In this document: piece after piece, positions 39,138 through 49,308 of the stretch
How the letters are laid out: every line of letters begins with the position of its first letter
Numbering within the stretch: position 1 is the first letter of the stretch
Source of the DNA: Bdellovibrionales bacterium
Lineage (GTDB): Bacteria > Bdellovibrionota > Bdellovibrionia > Bdellovibrionales > UBA1609
Length of the DNA: 64,000 bases
NCBI GenBank assembly: GCA_965199935.1
Contig: CBDATD010000001.1
Span: 800,531 to 864,530, forward strand
Direction: 5' to 3'
Notes under the pieces: generated by a model
Told to the model about the DNA's origin: nothing
The model's input: the letters and a program-made list of their open reading frames with translations, nothing else
Databases searched by the model: none
Translations under genes and position numbers: made by a program

Positions 39138-39158
39138 ATGCTCCCAAAGCTTTATCAT

Positions 39159-39612
39159 CCTGGGTTTGTGAATATACTTGCGTGTACGAAAGCAAAGGCA
39201 GACGAATCTTCAAAGCTCAGACATGCGTTTTGCCGCAGAGCAAACTTTGTCTGCTCTGCCTCAAATCCGAACTCGTTTGAATCTCCGCCTGCTTTGCTTT
39301 TCGTGCGGCAGCCTGGGTTTGTGAATATACTTGCGTGTACGAAAGCAAAGGCAGACGAATCTTCAAAGCTCAGACATGCGTTTTGCCGCAGAGCAAACTT
39401 TGTCTGCTCTGCCTCAAATCCGAACTCGTTTGAATCTCCGCCTGCTTTGCTTCTCCTAAGTCCGCTGTCTTTGCAGTCAGCTAGGCAGACGAATCTTCAA
39501 AGCTCAAACATGCGTTTTGCCACAGAGCAAACTTCGTCTGCTCTGCCTCAAATCCGAACTTGTTTGAACCTCCGCCTGCCTTTGCTTTTCCTGCAACAGC
39601 AGGGCTGTGTGA
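39159..39612 (+). repeat. Palindromic repeat family, three tandem copies
   Basis: Three cores; last joined by the alternative linker. Confidence 0.93.
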
Positions 39613-39685
39613 ACAAGTCTGCAAACTGCAGATATACTTTAGATCAAGTCTTTTCAGACTTGAATATCGTTGCTATATTTAATTT

Positions 39686-40192
39686 ATGACGGGTGAATCT
39701 TTTCTTGTTCTAGTCTCTGGTTTGATACTGGTGCTGGCTTTAGCGGCGGATCTGAAAACTAGAAAGATTCATAATAAACTGTTGTTATGCCTCATTCCTG
39801 TAGCTTTAACCGCCGTTGTTCTCACTCAAGGATGGACAGCTCTTTTCAGAACCAGCCTTCTCTCCGGCCTGGGTGCTTTAGCGTTTTCTATGCCTCTTTA
39901 CTTTTTTAGAATCATTGGAGGGGGCGATTTAAAACTTTACGTGACCGTCGCCCTTACTTGGAATTTATCCACTGTTTTCTGGTCTTTGGCATTGGCTCTC
40001 CCTTGGGGTGGATTTTTAGGTCTCATCCGCTCCTGTCTTCAGGGCCGAGCTTATATTATCTGGACGAATATGCTGAGTTTGATCAAATTTAAAAAAGTAG
40101 AGAAAACAGCCCTTCAGACTTTTCCCTTTTCTGTCGTTTTATTATTAGGGTGGCTGAGTTATCGGGTTTTGAATAAAATAGGCAGTCTGTGA
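39686..40192 (+). CDS. cpaA: Prepilin peptidase A24 (CpaA/TadV-like)
   Basis: ADLKTRKIHN, GGGDLKL aspartate motifs, multiple TMs. Confidence 0.88.
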   Translation: MTGESFLVLVSGLILVLALAADLKTRKIHNKLLLCLIPVALTAVVLTQGWTALFRTSLLSGLGALAFSMPLYFFRIIGGGDLKLYVTVALTWNLSTVFWSLALALPWGGFLGLIRSCLQGRAYIIWTNMLSLIKFKKVEKTALQTFPFSVVLLLGWLSYRVLNKIGSL

Positions 40193-40437
40193 TGTTAGCA
40201 AGCAGACAGTTGTGCCGGCCTTCCGCTGTTGCGGGAGAGGCGTGCAAAGTGGAGTGATTGCAAAAACGGTGTGTATGAAAAGTCCGAGGGACAAACGGAA
40301 GCAGGAACCCAGTGTGTAAACGAGCCGTATATAAGGAGCAGTCTCTGATTTTGCAAAGGTGGCGAGAGTGCGAGGCGGCGTGAAAACGCAGGGTTCTGCA
40401 AAAAAGCAGAAGTCCAGTTTTGAAGAGAGAACAAAGA

Positions 40438-40743
40438 ATGTGCAGGTATAACAATATACGGAAACAAAAAGGGCAGGCCACTGTGGAGACTGTTTTGCTG
40501 ATGGTGATTTTGTTGGGTATCGCAAGCCTCATCCTCACAGAGGGTGGGAATCCAAGAAACTGGATGGAAACAATAGTGGGAGCCCCTGGGAAATACATAC
40601 GCGGTATGTCCATCGCTGGGGTTTGGAAAACATGTGAGGATATTTCTGGTTTCCCTAACAGCATAACATGCTCTGCTATGGACGAACATCCAAATCAAGA
40701 AGCAAAAATTTTGCAGGTAGAAGGGGAGGTGTCTAACCGATGA
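40438..40743 (+). CDS. TadE-like pseudopilin
   Basis: KGQATVETVLLM prepilin motif. Confidence 0.75.
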   Translation: MCRYNNIRKQKGQATVETVLLMVILLGIASLILTEGGNPRNWMETIVGAPGKYIRGMSIAGVWKTCEDISGFPNSITCSAMDEHPNQEAKILQVEGEVSNR

Positions 40744-41279
40744 AAAAAAAGAGAGGAAGTCTTTCCGTTGATTTTTTGATTGGCATGACAGTTTGCTGTC
40801 TGCTTTTGGTTTTTGTCATTTTAACTTCTTTGACTTTTAGCTTAGTAGAGACTGCTCAATACGTCGCCTATGCAACAGCCAGAGAGTATTTTATCGGCCA
40901 TGAAAATGATGGAGAAAGAGAGAGCAGAGCAAGAGACAAATACATTGATTTAAAGAACACATTTTTTCCAAGCGGCAAAGCTTTGTCCAGTTGGTTCTGT
41001 CTTTCCAATGATCTGGCATTTGGCGGTTATGATGTTCTTGAAAGGGGTAACAAAAGAAATTTTGGAGCGGCTTTTAAATTCATTTCACATGTGATGACTA
41101 TGGATATTCCTTTTTTAGGGCAGACAAGAGATAGCACAGGTCCAGCAATGCAAGATGGGTGCGGAGGCAGACAGGGTGGTTTTGTTTTTCCTATCACAGC
41201 CTTGTTAGGTAAAGAGTCCGCCAATGCAAATGATTGCGGGGGATTGAAGTTGGATGTTTCAGGAGGCAACGGATGCTAA
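40740..41279 (+). CDS. TadE/F-like pseudopilin
   Basis: KRGSLSVDF plus TM, AYATARE. Confidence 0.72.
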   Translation: MKKKRGSLSVDFLIGMTVCCLLLVFVILTSLTFSLVETAQYVAYATAREYFIGHENDGERESRARDKYIDLKNTFFPSGKALSSWFCLSNDLAFGGYDVLERGNKRNFGAAFKFISHVMTMDIPFLGQTRDSTGPAMQDGCGGRQGGFVFPITALLGKESANANDCGGLKLDVSGGNGC

Positions 41280-41815
41280 GGAAAAAACGCGGGATCGCTA
41301 TGATAGAGTTTTTATTTTTCTTTTTTGTCTTTATTTTCTTTTTTGCCCTGATGTACGGATCTTGGGGCATCACTCATTCTGCTATTTTGCATTCCATTGG
41401 AGCCAGAGCCTACGCTTGGGATGTGATTCGAAATCGCAGCAACCTGGCTTTTCTAAGGGATTACCTTCTAGCAGGCAATCTACCAGACACTATACTACAA
41501 CATAACTACTGGCAAAAAAATTCAAGGGTTTTTGCTGTGACTGAAGTACGAACTAGTGGCAACGATTTTCTCCCTCAGAAATTAAAAATAGATATGGGCG
41601 GTGCAGCTTGGAACACTACCTCTACGCAGGGCTTTACCAAAATAGATGTACAAGACAGACGATCTGGATATGATGACAGGTTAAGTACTTATGAGGATCC
41701 TAATAATCCCCTTGCGCTAACAAAACCAAATCCACGGGGTGGTTATAAAACCGGGGTGGTTCACCTTAAAATGGCGTACGGCATCTGCCTTAACAGCAAC
41801 TGTGATGCCAATTAA
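41273..41815 (+). CDS. TadE/F-like pseudopilin
   Basis: KRGIAMIEF plus TM; AGGAGG RBS. Confidence 0.75.
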   Translation: MLRKKRGIAMIEFLFFFFVFIFFFALMYGSWGITHSAILHSIGARAYAWDVIRNRSNLAFLRDYLLAGNLPDTILQHNYWQKNSRVFAVTEVRTSGNDFLPQKLKIDMGGAAWNTTSTQGFTKIDVQDRRSGYDDRLSTYEDPNNPLALTKPNPRGGYKTGVVHLKMAYGICLNSNCDAN

Positions 41816-41954
41816 AAGGATTGCTCATGCGTTTTGCTGTGGGCTTTCAAAGATGGAGGCTCAGCACAACGGCTGGCCCCCTGCTTCCGCAGGGGCGGTG
41901 CGTGTGTAAAGCGGAGTGATTGCAAAAACATACATGAAAAGTCTAGGGGGGGTA

Positions 41955-42039
41955 AAACTGCAAACAAGTTCGGCTTTGAGGCTGAGCGGGCCGACAGCTT
42001 GCTCTGCTACAAAAACGCATGCCTGCAGTTTGCAGGTTT
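41955..42039 (-). repeat. Diverged, inverted copy of the palindromic repeat core
   Basis: Reverse complement CTGCAAA...CATGCGTTTTTG..GCAGAGCAA...CCTCAAAGCCGAACTTGTTTGCAG. Confidence 0.8.
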
Positions 42040-42206
42040 GTTCACACCAGATGAACTGCTCCTACAAGAGGGGTGTTTTGACAGCGGTCTTGGAAAAGAC
42101 ACCCCTTATACAAGGGCTTTGAATCCGTAAAAGAAATTAATGAAAACGTCCTAAAATTCCGAAAAATCATAGAGGGAAAAGCACAATTTTCAAGGGGGTT
42201 TTCAGG

Positions 42207-43034
42207 ATGAACAAAAACGAAACTTTAGTCCTTTGGCTGAGTGTGGGTTTGGCAATATTCGCAATCATGCTGGTTTACAGCTACACACAGGAGAAAAGCC
42301 AGGCTTTAACAAAGCGTTTTGGGGCTAAAACCACCTTAGTTGTTTCAAATCGAGACATCAATGAAATGGAAACTTTGGATGAATCCATGCTGGAGCTTTC
42401 AGAAATTCCTATGGACTTTGCCCAGCCCGGACACATCAGCAATATCGAAGACGCTATAGGACTTGTGGCCCTCGCTCCCATCCAGTCTGGAGAGCAGGTT
42501 TTAGATAACAAAATTATTAAGCCCGGCCCCGTCACCGGCCTTTCTCTGCAAGTCACCCCTAAAAGCAGAGCCTTAACCATCCCTATTGATGAAATGAGAG
42601 GAGTGGCCAAACTGATTAAACCAGGAGACCGAGTGGATATTCTGGCGGCTCTTGATGTCAGAAGCCAAGGGGGAAGCACCCGCCACGTGAAAACCATTTT
42701 GCAAAATGTGGTGATTTTGGCGACGGGCCTCAACGTGGTCAACGAACTGCCCCGCCTGCATGAGCAGGTCGGCTCTAGTGATTTTATAAAAAACATTCGA
42801 TCCAATTCTGATTTTTCTTCTATTACTATTGAGGCGGAGCCGGATGATATTCAAAGGCTTGTTTATATTCTCTCCACAAGTCCGGGTTCTTTATTTTTAT
42901 CTCTTAGGCATCCGAACGATAGTTTGGTTTCTCAAAAAGTTTCTTCAACAACAACTATTGAAAATATTTTAGGAATACGAGCTGTTTCCGCCTCCCGGAA
43001 AAAAGGCGTCCAAACCAGAGTGAAAGTTAGATAA
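42207..43034 (+). CDS. cpaB: Flp pilus assembly protein CpaB/RcpC
   Basis: SAF-like domain, RALTIPID..GVAKLIKPGDRVDIL, ILQNVVILA. Confidence 0.92.
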   Translation: MNKNETLVLWLSVGLAIFAIMLVYSYTQEKSQALTKRFGAKTTLVVSNRDINEMETLDESMLELSEIPMDFAQPGHISNIEDAIGLVALAPIQSGEQVLDNKIIKPGPVTGLSLQVTPKSRALTIPIDEMRGVAKLIKPGDRVDILAALDVRSQGGSTRHVKTILQNVVILATGLNVVNELPRLHEQVGSSDFIKNIRSNSDFSSITIEAEPDDIQRLVYILSTSPGSLFLSLRHPNDSLVSQKVSSTTTIENILGIRAVSASRKKGVQTRVKVR

Positions 43035-43046
43035 GGCGGTGTTTCT

Positions 43047-44492
43047 TTGAGATGGATTTTTCTTTTACTCATTATTGGACTGCCGGCATGGTCGATTGAA
43101 GAGTCGATCCCTCTTTCTGTAGGTTTAGATAATGATTTTCCCTTAAACCCTGAGTGGAAAGGGAAAGTGTTAAAATTTCAAGGCACTTACAGCAAGAGAA
43201 CCCGGTTGGTTTACAACAAGAAAAAACATATTTTAAGATTCACCCCCATTCGAAAAGGGGTGGGTTCTTTAATCATTAAAGAAGGAAACAGCATCTTAAA
43301 AAAATACACAGTATCTGTTCGGGAGACAGACCTCACCCGTGTGGCCCACGAAATTCAATCTCTGTTGGGTGAGATTAACGGCATCAGCATCTCCATTATT
43401 AACGACAAGGTTGTGGTGGATGGAGAGATTTTTGTTCCCCGTGATATGAAAAGAATTTACAACGTAGTTAAAGAGTACGGAAATAAGGCCACCTCTTTAG
43501 TGACTCTCAGCGCTTCTGCGCAAAATAAAGTGGCTCAATTTATTGAAAGAGAAATTGGAAACCCTAATATCACAGTCAAAGCCGCCAATGAAAAGTTTAT
43601 TTTAAGAGGCACTGTTTCCACAAAAGACGAGCGGGAAAACGCCAATATCATTGCTCAGCTCTACGCCCCCGGTGTGGTGACAGATGCGGCCGTGCAAAGC
43701 GGAGTGGTGCGCGACCGCAATGTCAAAAATGTGATTATCAATCTCATTAAAGTTCAGCCTCCCCCTGCTAAAAAGAAAACTCAAAATAAATTGATTCATA
43801 TGGTGATCCACTATGTAGAGCTTAATAAAGAATACACGGATCAGTTTCGTTTTCAGTGGGCCCCCGGGATGGCGCAGGCTGATTACACTATTGGAGAAAA
43901 AATTGGAAAAGTGATTACCGGAACTATTTCCAATCTGCTTCCTAAGCTCAACTGGGCCAAAAATTTTGGCTTTGCCCGTATTTTACACAGCTCCAATTTG
44001 ATTGTGGAAGAAGGAGAGCGGGGCAGTGTGACATCCGAAACGCAAGTTCCCTACGGGGTCTTGGCGGGAGCGGCTGGAATGCAGATACAGACAGCGTCCT
44101 ACGGAGTGAGTTTAAACATTACACCTAATATCGTAGGGGCCAGAAAAGACGGTGTGCGTTTGCAAGTGGCGTTTAAGGTCTCTGATCTGCTGGGGTTTTC
44201 GTCCGGCAATCCTGTAACCACTTCAAAAACGCTGAACACTTTAGTGTATGTTCGAAGCGGACTCAGCGCCGCTATTGGAGGAGTTATATCCCATTCCAAC
44301 AGCAGAGACTTTAACCGAGAGCCGGCAAAAGATTTGTCGGGGGAGGAAGCAGATCCTATTATTAATTTACTGTCTTCTAAAAGTTTGAATAGAAGGAAAA
44401 ACCAGTTTGTTGTTTTTGTCACCCCCTTCATCAAAAGTTCAGCCAGTACAGATGTAGAAGAGATTAAAAGAAAATTCAGGATTGAGGATTAG
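43047..44492 (+). CDS. CpaC/RcpA-like secretin with BON-like domain
   Basis: Signal peptide, YGVSLNITP, C-terminal VVFVTPFI; between cpaB and tadA. Confidence 0.8.
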   Translation: MRWIFLLLIIGLPAWSIEESIPLSVGLDNDFPLNPEWKGKVLKFQGTYSKRTRLVYNKKKHILRFTPIRKGVGSLIIKEGNSILKKYTVSVRETDLTRVAHEIQSLLGEINGISISIINDKVVVDGEIFVPRDMKRIYNVVKEYGNKATSLVTLSASAQNKVAQFIEREIGNPNITVKAANEKFILRGTVSTKDERENANIIAQLYAPGVVTDAAVQSGVVRDRNVKNVIINLIKVQPPPAKKKTQNKLIHMVIHYVELNKEYTDQFRFQWAPGMAQADYTIGEKIGKVITGTISNLLPKLNWAKNFGFARILHSSNLIVEEGERGSVTSETQVPYGVLAGAAGMQIQTASYGVSLNITPNIVGARKDGVRLQVAFKVSDLLGFSSGNPVTTSKTLNTLVYVRSGLSAAIGGVISHSNSRDFNREPAKDLSGEEADPIINLLSSKSLNRRKNQFVVFVTPFIKSSASTDVEEIKRKFRIED

Positions 44493-44503
44493 AGGAATTT
44501 CAA

Positions 44504-46720
44504 ATGAGTTCTATGAATTATATTATTGGAGTCATTGGAGGCAAAGGCGGAGTGGGCAAAAGTGTTTTCACGGCGAACTTGGCCTTGTCTGCGCAAAAAG
44601 AGCTAAGAACCCCCTGCCTGCTGATAGATCTAGACAGCAAAAGCTGTGGTGATCAAAATATTATTATGGGGCTGAAGCCTCTGAAAACAGTTTCTGAGTT
44701 TATCAATTACAAAGGGATTATTTCACAGACCTCTCTGAAAAGTATTTTATCTCAACACAACTCAGGCCTGGCCTACTTGGGGGCTGTCAAAAGTCCGGAG
44801 CAAACCCTCCACGGAGACTCTCGTTTATTTTCTCAACAACTGATGAGCTTGGAGCAGAACTACAAATATATTTTTGTGGATTTGGGCTGTGAGATTGGAG
44901 ATTTACAGTTAGAAGCTCTGAATCAAGTCAGTGCTTTACTGGTGCTTGTGACGCCTGAAATTTTGGTGATTAACCAAACAAGAAGAATTTTAAATGAACT
45001 CATGACTGCCACTCTCCCCACACAGCTGTTGCAGATTATTGTGAACAAACATACATCTTCGGCTGTTCAAGCATCGACGATTCAACAAGCCCTTAAACTT
45101 CCCATTTTAAATTTTGTTCCAAATGATGAGGCTGTTTCCGCCCAAGCTCTCTCTTCTTCAAGGCCTTTTGTTTTATCTCATCCCAATACGGCAGTCGCCC
45201 GCTCCTATCATCAGATTATAAGGCAGTTGACAGGGGGCATTTTGCAGAAAAATAAACAGCTGTCCCGTCCGAAGATGAGTCCTCTCAAAAAAACATCGGA
45301 AAGCCTGCAAAAAGAGGATCTTTCGGCGGATGAAAATTTGGATTCCAATACTCTTTTAAAATTACAAGTGCATTCAGAACTCATTCAAGAAATGGATTTA
45401 AACAAGGACCTGACGAAAGCAAAAACTAAAAAAGCCACAGACGAGATTCGCACAAAAGCCGGACGCATTGTGACCCGCCTGGTGGATGAGAAAGCAAAAC
45501 ACCTGGCCAGACAGGAGCGGGGGCAGATCATCAAGCAAGTCTTGGATGAAGCTGTGGGTCTGGGGGCTTTGGAAGAGCTGTTGGCGGATCCTTCCGTTAC
45601 AGAAATTATGGTGAACGGGGCTTCTCAAATTTACTGCGAAAAAAGCGGTAAAATTCAGCTGTCCCCCGTGACTTTTACCTCTAACATGCATTTGAAAAAT
45701 GTGATCGAAAGAATTGTCACTCCCTTAGGAAGACGCATTGATGAAAAAACTCCCTATGTGGACGCCCGTTTGGCGGACGGAAGCCGTGTGAATGCTGTCA
45801 TTGAACCTCTCTCTATTGACGGGCCTGCGGTCACTATTAGGAAGTTTCCCAGTGAAAGAATTGTCATTAAAGATTTGGTTCAGAGGTTTGGCTCTTTAAC
45901 AGAAGCTATGGCGGATTTTTTAAAAATTTGTGTGGAGCAGGGTTTGAACGTCATTATTTCCGGAGGCACAGGTTCGGGTAAAACAACATTGTTGAATGTA
46001 ATGTCTTCTTTTATTTCCGACAAAGAGAGAGTTATCACAGTGGAGGATGCGGCAGAATTACAGCTGAAGCAAACACATGTGGTGCGTTTGGAAACAAGAC
46101 CCGCCAACATGGAGGGGACAGGGGCCATCACCATCCGGGATTTGATTCGAAATTCCCTTCGTATGCGCCCCGACCGAATTGTGGTGGGAGAGTGCAGAGA
46201 CGGCGCGGCCTTGGATATGCTGTCTGCAATGAATACAGGCCATGACGGCTCTATGACAACTGTGCATGCGAACAACCCCAGAGAAGCTGTCGCCAGACTG
46301 GAGACTTTGTGTTTAATGGCCGGAATGGAGCTGCCGGCGAAAGCCATTCGAGAGCAGATCGCCGGCGCCGTTAATTTAATCGTGCAGATCAGCCGTTTAA
46401 GTGATGGGAGCCGTAAAATTAAAAGCATTACAGAGGTGGCGGGGATGCAGGGGGATGTCGTGACTTTACAGGAAATTTTCAGGTTTAAAGAATCCGGTTT
46501 CGATAAGAACAGAAAAATAATAGGCCAGTTTCAAGCAATGGGCAGGATCCCTACATTTATCGAGCGTTTTGAACAAAGGGGCATTCATATTCCAAGAGAT
46601 TTGTTCACCACTCAGCAGTCTGTGAAATCCTCCGGTAAAGCCGGAGCCGCCGGCATAAAACCTAAGCCGGCCCCGGCCAGAGTGATTCGCCCTCTTCCTC
46701 CCAAAAAGGCGGCCTCATGA
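44504..46720 (+). CDS. tadA: TadZ/CpaE-like ATPase fused to TadA/CpaF assembly ATPase
   Basis: N-terminal GGKGGVGKS; C-terminal GGTGSGKTT, LRMRPDRIVVGE, TGHDGS. Confidence 0.92.
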   Translation: MSSMNYIIGVIGGKGGVGKSVFTANLALSAQKELRTPCLLIDLDSKSCGDQNIIMGLKPLKTVSEFINYKGIISQTSLKSILSQHNSGLAYLGAVKSPEQTLHGDSRLFSQQLMSLEQNYKYIFVDLGCEIGDLQLEALNQVSALLVLVTPEILVINQTRRILNELMTATLPTQLLQIIVNKHTSSAVQASTIQQALKLPILNFVPNDEAVSAQALSSSRPFVLSHPNTAVARSYHQIIRQLTGGILQKNKQLSRPKMSPLKKTSESLQKEDLSADENLDSNTLLKLQVHSELIQEMDLNKDLTKAKTKKATDEIRTKAGRIVTRLVDEKAKHLARQERGQIIKQVLDEAVGLGALEELLADPSVTEIMVNGASQIYCEKSGKIQLSPVTFTSNMHLKNVIERIVTPLGRRIDEKTPYVDARLADGSRVNAVIEPLSIDGPAVTIRKFPSERIVIKDLVQRFGSLTEAMADFLKICVEQGLNVIISGGTGSGKTTLLNVMSSFISDKERVITVEDAAELQLKQTHVVRLETRPANMEGTGAITIRDLIRNSLRMRPDRIVVGECRDGAALDMLSAMNTGHDGSMTTVHANNPREAVARLETLCLMAGMELPAKAIREQIAGAVNLIVQISRLSDGSRKIKSITEVAGMQGDVVTLQEIFRFKESGFDKNRKIIGQFQAMGRIPTFIERFEQRGIHIPRDLFTTQQSVKSSGKAGAAGIKPKPAPARVIRPLPPKKAAS

Positions 46721-47595
46721 GTTTTTTAGTTCAATATGATTTGCTGTTGTATGCGGTGTTTGGCGTCTGCGTGTTTTTTGTCAGCTATAGATTTTTGCCG
46801 TCCTTTTTGCGTTTTGCCTACGATAAAACCTTTTCTTCTCAAAAGGAAATTATAGAAATTATAGAGAAGATGAGGATTCAAAAAGATCATAAAAAAACAG
46901 TCATGTATTTATGGTTTTTAAGCCTGGCTATGGGGGTTTTGCCGGTGATTGTCCTTTTGCCTCATTTCTTGGCAGGGCTGGTTGCTGGAGTGATCTGCTT
47001 TTTTATGACATGGATTGGAGTTCGCTCTGTGGTCCGCTCCCTTTGGGGCCGCTATTGCAGTCTGGCTGTCGAGCAAATGCGGGAGGGCATGGTTTTAATG
47101 GCGAATGGAATGAAAGTGGGCCTTAGTGTGACGCAGGCTATGGAAAGAGTCATTGAGGGAATGAAAGGGCCTCTCAGCAGTGAATTTACTTTGGTTTTGA
47201 ACAAAATTAAATTGGGGATGAGTGTGGAAGAAGCTATGACGGAAATGGCGGAGCGGGTTCCTATGCCGGATATGATTATGATGGTGACTTCAGTGAATAT
47301 TCTGAAAGAGACAGGGGGAAATTTGGCGGAAACGTTTGCAGTTATTGCGGAGACCATACGCTCCAGACAAAAAGTGGAAAGTAAAATTAAAGCTTTGACC
47401 GCTCAGGGGATGATGCAGGCAAAAATTATCTCTGCCGTGCCTGTAGTGATTCTAGGTTTGCTTTATTTTATCAACCGCTCTTACGCAGTTGTATTATTTA
47501 CCACAGCCTTAGGGTGGGTTTGCCTGCTTATTATAGCTGTTTTGGTAATTATTGGTGGAAAAGTGATGAAGAAAGTGGCTACAATAGACGTATAA
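46717..47595 (+). CDS. tadB: Tad inner-membrane platform protein
   Basis: ETGGNLAE, IKALTAQG. Confidence 0.88.
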   Translation: MSFLVQYDLLLYAVFGVCVFFVSYRFLPSFLRFAYDKTFSSQKEIIEIIEKMRIQKDHKKTVMYLWFLSLAMGVLPVIVLLPHFLAGLVAGVICFFMTWIGVRSVVRSLWGRYCSLAVEQMREGMVLMANGMKVGLSVTQAMERVIEGMKGPLSSEFTLVLNKIKLGMSVEEAMTEMAERVPMPDMIMMVTSVNILKETGGNLAETFAVIAETIRSRQKVESKIKALTAQGMMQAKIISAVPVVILGLLYFINRSYAVVLFTTALGWVCLLIIAVLVIIGGKVMKKVATIDV

Positions 47596-47632
47596 CTGAT
47601 GGAATTTGTTTTTTTGAAAGTAAGGAGGAGAG

Positions 47633-49299
47633 ATGAGGGTTTTAATGTTTCTAGCGCTGGGTTTTGCTTTCTCAGCAGGGGCGCTTGTAGATACAAAAAG
47701 TGGAAACTATAAAAAGACATTTGTTGACTTTGATCTCAAGGGGCTGTGTTTCCTCTGGTTATGGAGAGGACTTACAACTCCAGGTCTTTGTATCGGGGGC
47801 TGTTTGGCATGGGATGGTGTTCAAACATAGAAACAAGGGTGCATGTGCTTCCAGATAATTCTGTTCAGTTGACTGAATGCGGGGGCGGTCAAGAGATTTT
47901 ATTTTTAACTAAAAACTCCAGGCAAAATGTCTCTGCGCAAATAGAGCAGATTGTACAAGCGGTTAAAAAGCAAAATAAAAAGCTGTCGAGTGCTTATTAC
48001 AAACAGTTGAGGCAAAAATTAACTAAAAGCCACGTTCTAAGGAATGAATTTTTAAAAGCTTATAAAGTCAGCGGGGAGGCGAAACCGGGAGCGGTGTACT
48101 TTGCTGAAGGCCGAACCAGCGACTCCCTTTCTTTCAGCAAAAAAGGATGGTTTAAAAGAACACTGTCCAATGGAGTTCAGCAGTTTTTTGCAAAAAACAG
48201 CGGGAGGCTGATTCAAATTTCAGATAAATCCGGCAACTACATTAAAATTGTATGGAAAAAAGACCAGCCTCAATACATCACAGATAATAAAGGGCGAAGG
48301 CTCGTCTTCAGCTACAAGCAGGGGCAGATTGCTTCTATTAAGGGGCTGGGGAAGGTTCAGGCCTCATACGAGATTAAAGGTGAAAATTTGGTTCGTGTAG
48401 TCAATAAAGACGGAAACTACAGCCATGCTTACGATGATCTTCACAATTTAACTCAGACTGTGTATCCAGGCGGCACGAGGAAAGATCCGGCAGTGGAAAA
48501 ATTAAAATACAACAAAAAGAAGGACTGGGTGACTAGTTTTGAAAATCAAAGAAGGTGTGTGGAGACATATAAGTATGAGACCAATCCAAAAAATCCAAAC
48601 CACTATTGGACGGATGTAGAAAAAAAGTGCGGCAAGGTGGTTACAAATATCAGCAGGTATGAATTTTGGAATAAAAAAGGTTCCGACGGAGTTATGTACC
48701 TGCACCGGGCCAGGCAAAAAGTTAATGGAGAGATTCGTGATGTGACTTACCATCCTAAATTTAGAAGGGTTTCTCATCTCACTCAAAATGGAGTGCGTAC
48801 CCAATACAATTACTATGGTGAAGGGGTGTTCCAAGGTTTGCTCAGGGAAAAGGTGAATCGCAGTCAAAAAACTTCTTTCGCAAAATACCATCGCAAATGT
48901 TTAAAACCTTTGTCTGTGGGAACTCAAAGGCTTTCCAACAAGAAAGTAGTGAATCAGGAGACTATAAAAATTCAGTATGATTCAGCCAGCTGTTTAATGA
49001 GCAGGGTGTCCCGCTCTGACGGCCGCTGGGTGAGTTTGTCTCATGATGAGAAAGGGCGTATTGATCAGATGACGGATCAGTCCGGCAAAGTCATTCTGGT
49101 GTCTTACAATGATCGGGTGAATAAGCCGCAGAAAATCACTCAAAAAGGCGTGGGTTCTATCGAAATTGAGTACGACAAAAAAGGAGTGTCTAAAGGCTGG
49201 AAAAACAGCAACGATCCTGTTATCATGAGCCAGGTGATGTCGATGTTTAACGGGCTTATGGAGATTATAACTCCTGTGGCTCAAGAAATGAATATCTGA
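47633..49299 (+). CDS. Secreted DUF6531/RHS-YD repeat protein (Bd0109-like), split by a frameshift at G4 47740-47743
   Basis: Signal peptide plus VDTKSGN in one frame; ERTYNSR..GLFGMGW and YD repeats in the next; one extra G joins them. Confidence 0.82.
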
Positions 49300-49308
49300 G
49301 GATGGCTT

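Noticed and set aside
31900-39690. Classical integron with attC sites
   Set aside because: No intI seen, repeats lack RYYYAAC...GTTRRRY ends, and modules include long leaders and one inverted gene
40089-40698. Three minus-strand ORFs of 126-191 aa
   Set aside because: Antisense to cpaA and a pseudopilin and spanning a repeat-derived gap
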